Of a stretch of 64,000 nt of DNA, positions 54,999 through 64,000 are shown one piece after another. The notes under the pieces are model-generated. The model was not told the origin of the DNA. It made no database searches and saw only the letters and a program-made list of their open reading frames with translations. Positions within the stretch are counted from its first letter, which is position 1. Every line of letters starts with the position of its first letter. Origin of the DNA: the human T2T-CHM13v2.0 reference genome, Homo sapiens; NCBI RefSeq assembly GCF_009914755.1, contig NC_060929.1; one strand, 5' to 3'. The position numbers and the translations under genes are program-made.

Positions 54999-57920
54999 GT
55001 TTCTTTTCAAGGGGCTCAACTTGAGCATCCTTTTCCAGGGGCTCAACTCTAACATATGTTTTAGGGGCTTGGAATTCTCATAGCCTCCCTCCTACTATTA
55101 CAAGTTTCTTTCTGACCACCCACTAGATCTACTTAGGTTAATGTAAAACAAGTCTATTCCTCTTCAACGTGATATTCCTTTAAATATTTGAAAATAATTG
55201 ATATTCACATAACCACACCATCTGTATCTTCCCTTATTCTTCTTAAATACCCCCATTTACTTTCCTTAGATTTTTCAGCTTGGAGCCCTCTTATTGTCTT
55301 TGTCACTCTTTTCTGTGTGCTCCACTTTGTCTATACTTCCTCTAAAAGGGGTAACCGGAAAATAATGCAATGTTCTCACTTGGGTGTGAAGTGTAACAGA
55401 GTATTTCCGCCCTCATTCTGGTTCTTTTATTATGGCCAAAGATTATTTTGGCTATTTTTTCGTTAATGTTTCCCAGTAATTTCATGATCATCTTTTTCCT
55501 GGAATTCCTTCATGGCTTCTTCTGCAGTGAGTGGCAGGTATTAGGCAGTATTAGAGGAAGGGGTAGGGAGGAAGCTGCTCTATCTCTGGAAGAGTCAACA
55601 GTAGTTTGCTAGCATATATATTCTTCTCCCTCTTTAGCTCAGAGAATCTCCTCTCTGCTTCCAAAGAAGATATAAAGCATGCAGGAGCTGAGATCCCACC
55701 AGAACTGCAAGAAAAGTCCTCAAGAGTGATCCAAGGGTAGATAGTGGTCAGAAACTAAGGAATGGGAGCAGAGGAGAAACACGAAAATTTGGATATTCTA
55801 GGAGGTAGCTCCAGCTGGTAGTATCAATGGTGCTGCCAGGGGATAATAGCCATCTGAGTAAGTCTCTTCTGGCTGGCTTTAGAGTGAATATGTCAATGGA
55901 TACAGAGAAATCATACTATTTTTTTTTTTCAAAAATTGGAATCACTGACGTATGTGAATAGTTGGTCATGTAAATTATCTGCCTGACTGACTGAGTCTGT
56001 ACTTATCAAATACAGAAGCAGGGTTTCCAGGGTGACAAAATGACAGTAGTGTTGCCCTTCCTCAGGGCTTGTGCTCACTTTAGCTTTAAGTAAGTCATTG
56101 ATTCACTAGCTATTGATTCTAATAGACATCATAGAATATGTCATATGGAAGAGAAGCATTATTAACAACTTGGTATGGTTGTATTCTAGGGAAGCATTTG
56201 AAAATGTCATCCTAAAAGAACCCTTGCTATACTTTTTATCTTAAATCTTCCTTCATATTAATCTATAATGCTATAAAAATGACCTTAAAAAGATGAATTA
56301 AAATGCTTCCTCATAATAGATCATATCCAGTGCTGGGTTATTTCAAGGGAGATTTGCAGGGATAGGTCTTTAAAAGTTACTTACAGGATTTATTCTAGAT
56401 GGAACAAAAGGAAAGACACTCGCCATAGAGAGGGCCAGAGGAGCCTTCAGTCAGAAACATGGCGAGGTGTTGAAAATTCAGATAAATGGCTCTCTGTTTG
56501 TGTATGTGTTTCTGGAATCTCAGTTAACCTCTAAAGTTATATAGATTCACACCTACAATTGCATTAACTGCATGCCTTTGTATAGATGCTGCTCTCCTGG
56601 GTCCTTCTCTCAGCAGTGCCTCTTTTAGATAATCAGGAGCAGTTTTATTCAGGGAATGAGGTAACCAGCATTCACCAGTCTCTTTTTATCAGAGCATTTT
56701 TCTACACTGAATTTTGCAACTCACTGCACGTAGTGTCCCTAAAAACAGGTAACATGATACTGTGAAATGACTAATTAAATAGCTAATGTACTGAAATATC
56801 AAAATTATCCTAGAGGCAACAAAATATATTAGTTTCATCAATTAACTAAAAGTTGTAAAAATAAATGGAATGCCATGCGTTCTCAGTTTCTCTGCCCTAG
56901 ACCAGAAGAACCATTTGAAAAATCCCATTATTCTTCACCACTCCACACTGGAAATTTTTCTTTCCACAGCTGGGGTTCAAATTTGGAAGACACCCAGCAA
57001 GGGGAGTTGGTGGTGAGCTAGACAATGACACTAGAGATGGCCATGGTCTCTGATGACTGCGTGCATCCGTTGCTCATCACCTTTACCAACACTGACCCCA
57101 GGGACAGGCCAAGGCAAGGAAAGAGTCTTCTCCAAAGCAGTTAAAGTCTCTCAGGCAGAACTGTTTAGAGGGATAGTGCTATTTTCAAGTGAAAGAATGA
57201 ATAAATACTTTCTAACTTAAAGTTGCAGTCGGCAGGAAAGAACCTAAAGAATTTTGTTGCTAATTTTATTGGGAACTCATGTCCCACTGGAAGTCATTAA
57301 GTGGAAGTTATTTGAAAATATTTTTAATTGTGTGACCTTTTAGCTACTAATAATAGAATGTATTTTATAATAGGTCTTACTCCTGGCATTGAGTTACATT
57401 TTAGGAGATGAAAAAGTTTTGGTATTAAAAAAGTACAAATATTTGTTAATATCCCACCAAAGTAAGGTATTCTAAATAAATGTAAAAAATGTTGCTGACA
57501 AAATACTTACCAGTTTTGAAAGTTGCTCTATTTCTAATGACAAAAGTTTATAATGTTGATTTATTTTCTTAGCTACATTAAACCAGTATATCTAGTGGAA
57601 TTCAGTGAAAAACCAAATAATACCATATATAGTTGACTGAAGAATTACAAATACTTGAGTCTAAACTGGGCTGTATCACTAATGGAGTATGTATGGAAGA
57701 GAGCACCATCAATATCGCATGTCTACACTGCCATGCTAATGTCCAGAGTGGACAGCTTCCTAGCTGACTCTGCGAAGTCATTCTTGAAACCAAGACTGTG
57801 ACTCCACCTAAATCACGTCTACAAATCGCTGATCCTTTCTGTGCAACATGCAGCATGAAAATACATCATTCTACCTCATGATTACTAGGAAGCTTAGATA
57901 TAATCACGACTATGAATACT

Positions 57921-57958
57921 CATGCAAATTTCAAAGTGCCATGCAAATTTCAAAGTGC
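57921..57958. repeat. Perfect 19-bp tandem duplication (CATGCAAATTTCAAAGTGC)x2
   Basis: Read directly. Confidence 0.95.
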
Positions 57959-60900
57959 CCTACAAATTTAAGTTGTTCCAAATAAATTAATGATTTTGGA
58001 TTATGTAAATTGGAAATAGTCCTGTTCCTCAGCTGAACTTTTCACTTGTAAATGGATTGGGTTACCATTGGGTTTATAAGGTTTACCTGTTTGCAATATT
58101 ACCTCTTGTAGCTATGAATCATTCCTCTACCTTATAAAAGGCCATAAAGGGTGGGTGGTGGATAAATAGGCAAGGCCATGGTAGAAAAAAAAAAGTTCTT
58201 ATCACTTATTTTTACATCTCTTGGAATCTCCCCGTGTTGCTAATCTCAAATAACTTGAATCTAAAATGAAAGTTGTCATCTAGTTATTGTGTACCCATAG
58301 CTTATAAATTGTGATGCCATCATACTGCTTAGGTGCCAAACAACTCACCTGGATTACAAAGGAGCACATTCTTAGCCATGCTTTACCTCTCAAGATATGA
58401 GTCCACAGTAAGAAATTTCCACCATCTACAAGAAGGCTTTGTTCCAATAGTTGTAGAAAATGAGACTGGATCATACGGCTGTGATCTAGTGAGCTCCTGC
58501 CTACTCATCTTTCTATTTAGGGATAAATATGGGTAACTGGGAAAGGATTTGTTACTTTTGGAAATGAGCACAGGAGTATGCAGATGTGATTTTGAGGATA
58601 CTGTGGCCTATAGGGTATCCATATATCCTTTAATTGATCAAGATATTATCAGCTCAGAGTATCCTACTTTGGAATCCCTCTAATGATGTAATAGTTTTTG
58701 TTCAATCCAGTTATGCCAAATGGTTACTGCCTGCCAGGCACTGTGTTAGGCAACAGAGGTGCTGTTTTAGGTGTTGAAGAGCGAGCCTAGAAAAGTATGT
58801 GAAAGGAGAGACTAAACTTTCTAGTTTAATCTAGAAAACCTGAATATATATTCAGGAAATAGTACTGATTTCACCATCTGTCAATAATTAGATTTTATTG
58901 ACTCTGTTTCCCAAACTTGTTAATAATGGAAGAGAAAGTGTGGGCCTCAAAGCAGTTGAGGCCAAAAGGCAGTTTGATGATTAAAATGAAGGTTCACAAA
59001 TGATATCTTCTTGGACATACAAAATTGTGCAGCTGAGTACCTTCCAAAACTGAAATAAAATGTACAGAAAGCTTTGTAAATTTAATGTGGGTATTTTATT
59101 ACCACTTCACTATCTCATTCTTTATCTAGGTTTAGTATATCAATATATTGAGTCAATAGAACTTTTGTAGGAGAAATTTCAAAACAGAAGCAAAATCTCC
59201 AAATGCAGCATAAAATATTAGTAGAAAAGGAGGAGCTAATTCATTCCAAAAGTTAAAAACTATAAGAATTTATAACATACTTAGCTATTTTAATAAGCTG
59301 AAAATGCTTGCTTCACAATTTGAAAAATATAAACAATGATGCCTCCTTTTTTGTGGTGGGGATAGGCCTTGTATCTAAGAAGGATGATTTCTAGACAAAA
59401 GCAAGAATAATGGATGGGTCCTAGAAGTCTACAGTTCTCAAAACTAACAAATCAGCAGCTTCAAAAATCTAATTGTTTGAATGCAGTGGGTACAGATTTT
59501 CTTTTCATTAGAAAAATGTAAAAGTTTAGTGATAATTAACTCATTATCATCAACAAAACTGTGCTATCAAACTTGCTGCAACTTCGCACAAGCATAGGAT
59601 CCTTAGAGCTAAACCTAGGTAGCTCCACCTTTTCCTGTTCTGGCTCCTTACCCATTTTGGGCTTCTAAGTAAATGAGTACATGAGGACCACTTTATTCAC
59701 CATAATTATAATAGAAAATTGAATGAAAGATATTAAAATTATGATTTTTTCCTTCAAGTGGAATAACCTTTGTATGCAATCTGAAGTTTTTATGTTTACT
59801 TGAAAACTAGTTGTTTTGCTTCAAAAATCTCTTTTACATAAACAGAAAAAAAATCAATCCAAAGGCAAAGAAATCATCCATATATTTGGTGAATATATTG
59901 AAAATGAATTACTAGTAGGCAAAAGGAAAATTGTTTGCTTATATGCAAAGTAAGTGACTTATTTTGGCTAAAATAAATGGTCTATTCAGTTCTGAAGTCA
60001 GTCAAAATTTCTAACCCCAACAGGTGGTTTCACAGGTACTACTACTAAAATCACAAACTTAGTTTGTGTCTACATCTTGAACTTTGGATTGAAATAATTT
60101 AAAATCATAACAGTGTCTAGACTGAGAACGTTTGTAGTTACAATGAAAATCCAATATACTTAAACCTGAAGAAAACAGAGAATATCTTCAGCTAGAGGAG
60201 AATTCTGACATTTTTTCTGATCTTAATGAAAACGTGGTTTAATGTCAAGTCACAGTCATATTAAAACATTTTTTTCCTAAAGCCCAAGCATTATGTTTGC
60301 TATACACAAGGCCAACATTTTCATGAATTGTGTTATTTACTTGCTTAAGCACAATTGGATGATTTGTTTGTCTGATAAGAAAATTCTTCACACCTCAGGC
60401 TTCCATTTCAACTTCAAATAAGTAACAACTGTATTGCTTTTTTTTCTTACGTTCTTGTATTTGCTCTAACTTTTAAATGGCATCTATGATTCTCCATTAA
60501 CCATAAAACATTATCTTGAACTGAAAAAGTAATCTTTCTAAATTGATGTTCTGAATTAATGGGCATGTTTTAAAGGAACGATTTCAGATGGACTTCTAAA
60601 ACATGAATAATACATTGGTCATAAAGAGCAGGCATTAAGCTAGCATTTAGAATCACTCCATGAACACAGAATAGAAGAAGACAAAAGATAGTTTGTCCAA
60701 TATTTTGTTGACATATTTGGCCAGAAGATTAAGTGCCAAGTCATCCATCCAGAAATGCGACTTATTTTTAGAAAGAGTAGACTCAATAATTAAGGTTTCA
60801 GATTTATTCAGCTCTTATTCAAATAAAAGGTAGAACTTTTCACATTTTTCAGTTATTTTCCACAGCAAAATGAAAATCTGAAATCCAAATGATCAACTCG

Positions 60901-62149
60901 TCAATTAAAGAAATATTTGAATCTAGAATGAGAAATCCATTTTCATTTGTCACTTAAGGAAAGTTATTTTTGTTATAAGTTTTATATTCATAACAGTTCC
61001 CATTATTTTGCTCTTATAATTTTAATTCATTTGTTTGCCTAGAAATTGTTTTAGATAAGAAATATAAAAATGCGGCTGATATCTATGACTGACATCAGTT
61101 AACAGAAGATCATTTATGGACAAGAAATTATATGAATTACTAAAAATTACAATATTAAGTTCCTGTTGGAAAATTTTTATTTCAAACCTACAACCATTTA
61201 GAAAAAAATATCCTAATTCAGAGCAAGCCATGTATCAAAAAATCTAAATTCTCTTTTACTTCATATAATTAAAAATTATATTTATGTTTCATTAAACTAA
61301 TATAAAGAATCATTCATTCAATATATATGTATTGCCCACCTACTCTGGGCACTAAGCACTGAGGAGTTAATGGTGAATAAAATCAAATCATTCCCTTCCT
61401 TCATACAACTCATAATCTAGAGGTAGGTGGGTGTGTGCAGATGTTAGCAAGTAATCACAAAAATAAAAGCATAATTACAAACTGGTTCTATAAACAAAAT
61501 GATTCTATTACAGCATATAATAGGGAGACTTGGACACAGTCAAAATAGTCAGGATATTGATTTGAGTATTTTCTTTCCAAAAGTCCAAATAGTAATTGAT
61601 GAAGCAAGGCAACATTAGATTTGTGTCCAAATAATATGATCTCTGCAGACTTGGGCTTTCCTTGAGATTTTTCCAAATGATGTCTTTGGCTAAATCTAAC
61701 CAGACAAGACAAAATAACTTGAGAGCAAAAATGGAATTCAGAGATCTAGTCTAACCCTCTTATTGGATAGATGTGGAAACAAATCATGAGAGAGGGTGAG
61801 TGGCTTGCCCCTGCTTGTTTTCACTCAGTGGCAAAGATGAAATTGGAACCCATTATGCTAAAATCCTGTCCAGAGGTTATCCTTCTTCATATTATTCTGG
61901 GTCTGGTTTATCTAACGTTATCTACTCTGATGCACTAAGGCAATAACTGGAATAGCAATATGATGATAAGAAAGCCTAGAGAATGAGAATATTCATAAGA
62001 TAACATTGTTTTCTGAACACAGCCTGTCATTCAGCTCAGGCTAGTAGTGAATAGAAAAAAATAGCTTATGCAAACAGTCAAATATCTTGGTAAGTGTCCA
62101 ATTATTTACCATGTTTCATCCTTTACTCCAAATTTATACATACATATGT

Positions 62150-62151
<2 letters not shown>

Positions 62152-62190
<39 letters not shown>
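62152..62190. repeat. (AC)19 microsatellite
   Basis: Uninterrupted run. Confidence 0.97.
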
Positions 62191-62191
<1 letters not shown>

Positions 62192-62299
62192 TCAGGTCAC
62201 TAAAGCCTCTAACTTTACAGATCCCAACTTTAACTCATTTAACTCATGGTTAACTCCATATTTAATTTTTGCTACATACTTATTTGCCTTTATCCAAAT

Positions 62300-63700
<1,401 letters not shown>

Positions 63701-64000
63701 TATTTTAGGATTTTCCAAATTAAAATGTCAAAGAGATGCCTCAGCACAGTAAAGTTAGAAAAAATTAGAAAAAAATTCTTTACCTATTAAAATGATTTCT
63801 GGTTCACTAATGGCAAGGCTTGTCACTTAGTAGATTTGGTTTACTCTGGACATTTATTAGATCAGATTCATAGATCTTTAGCAATCTCTCACTCCAAGGA
63901 AAGTAATTTATCTCTCCTCTGAAATCTCACAGCACCTCAACACCTTATAGACACCATTCTACATTGTAACAGTGTATTGCTCTGCCAATCTTTCTCACTT

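Overview
Primate (very probably human) genomic DNA, AT-rich and roughly half interspersed repeats. The only protein-coding sequence is the terminal coding exon of PLCXD3 on the minus strand (30239-30086, ...ALPAMMQWVRTQKPGESGINIVTADFVELGDFISTVIKLNYVFDEGEANT*). It is followed by a ~6.6 kb 3'UTR ending at a cluster of AATAAA signals near 23.4-23.6 kb. Positions 30240-64000 are the preceding large intron, holding a full-length ancient L1MA with its TSD, a 5'-truncated L1PA3-like element, Alus, L2/MIR and LTR relics. Positions 1-23.4 kb are downstream intergenic DNA rich in solo LTRs (MER52, LTR41 with nested MER9, MLT1C with nested MER44, THE1); from memory of human 5p13, C6 lies further downstream, outside this window. 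I see no new gene or multi-gene system. The most unusual signals are structural: a 104-bp-arm, 96%-identical hairpin at 9129-9346 built inside a MIR, a perfect 26-bp palindrome, and several other 'direct duplication plus inverted templated insert' scars that look like fossil fold-back or template-switch repair events. Also notable are a duplicated octamer+TCF motif and structured/GGAA elements in the PLCXD3 3'UTR. Repeat subfamily names come from recalled consensus sequences, not a search; boundaries of old L2/MIR/LTR relics are approximate.
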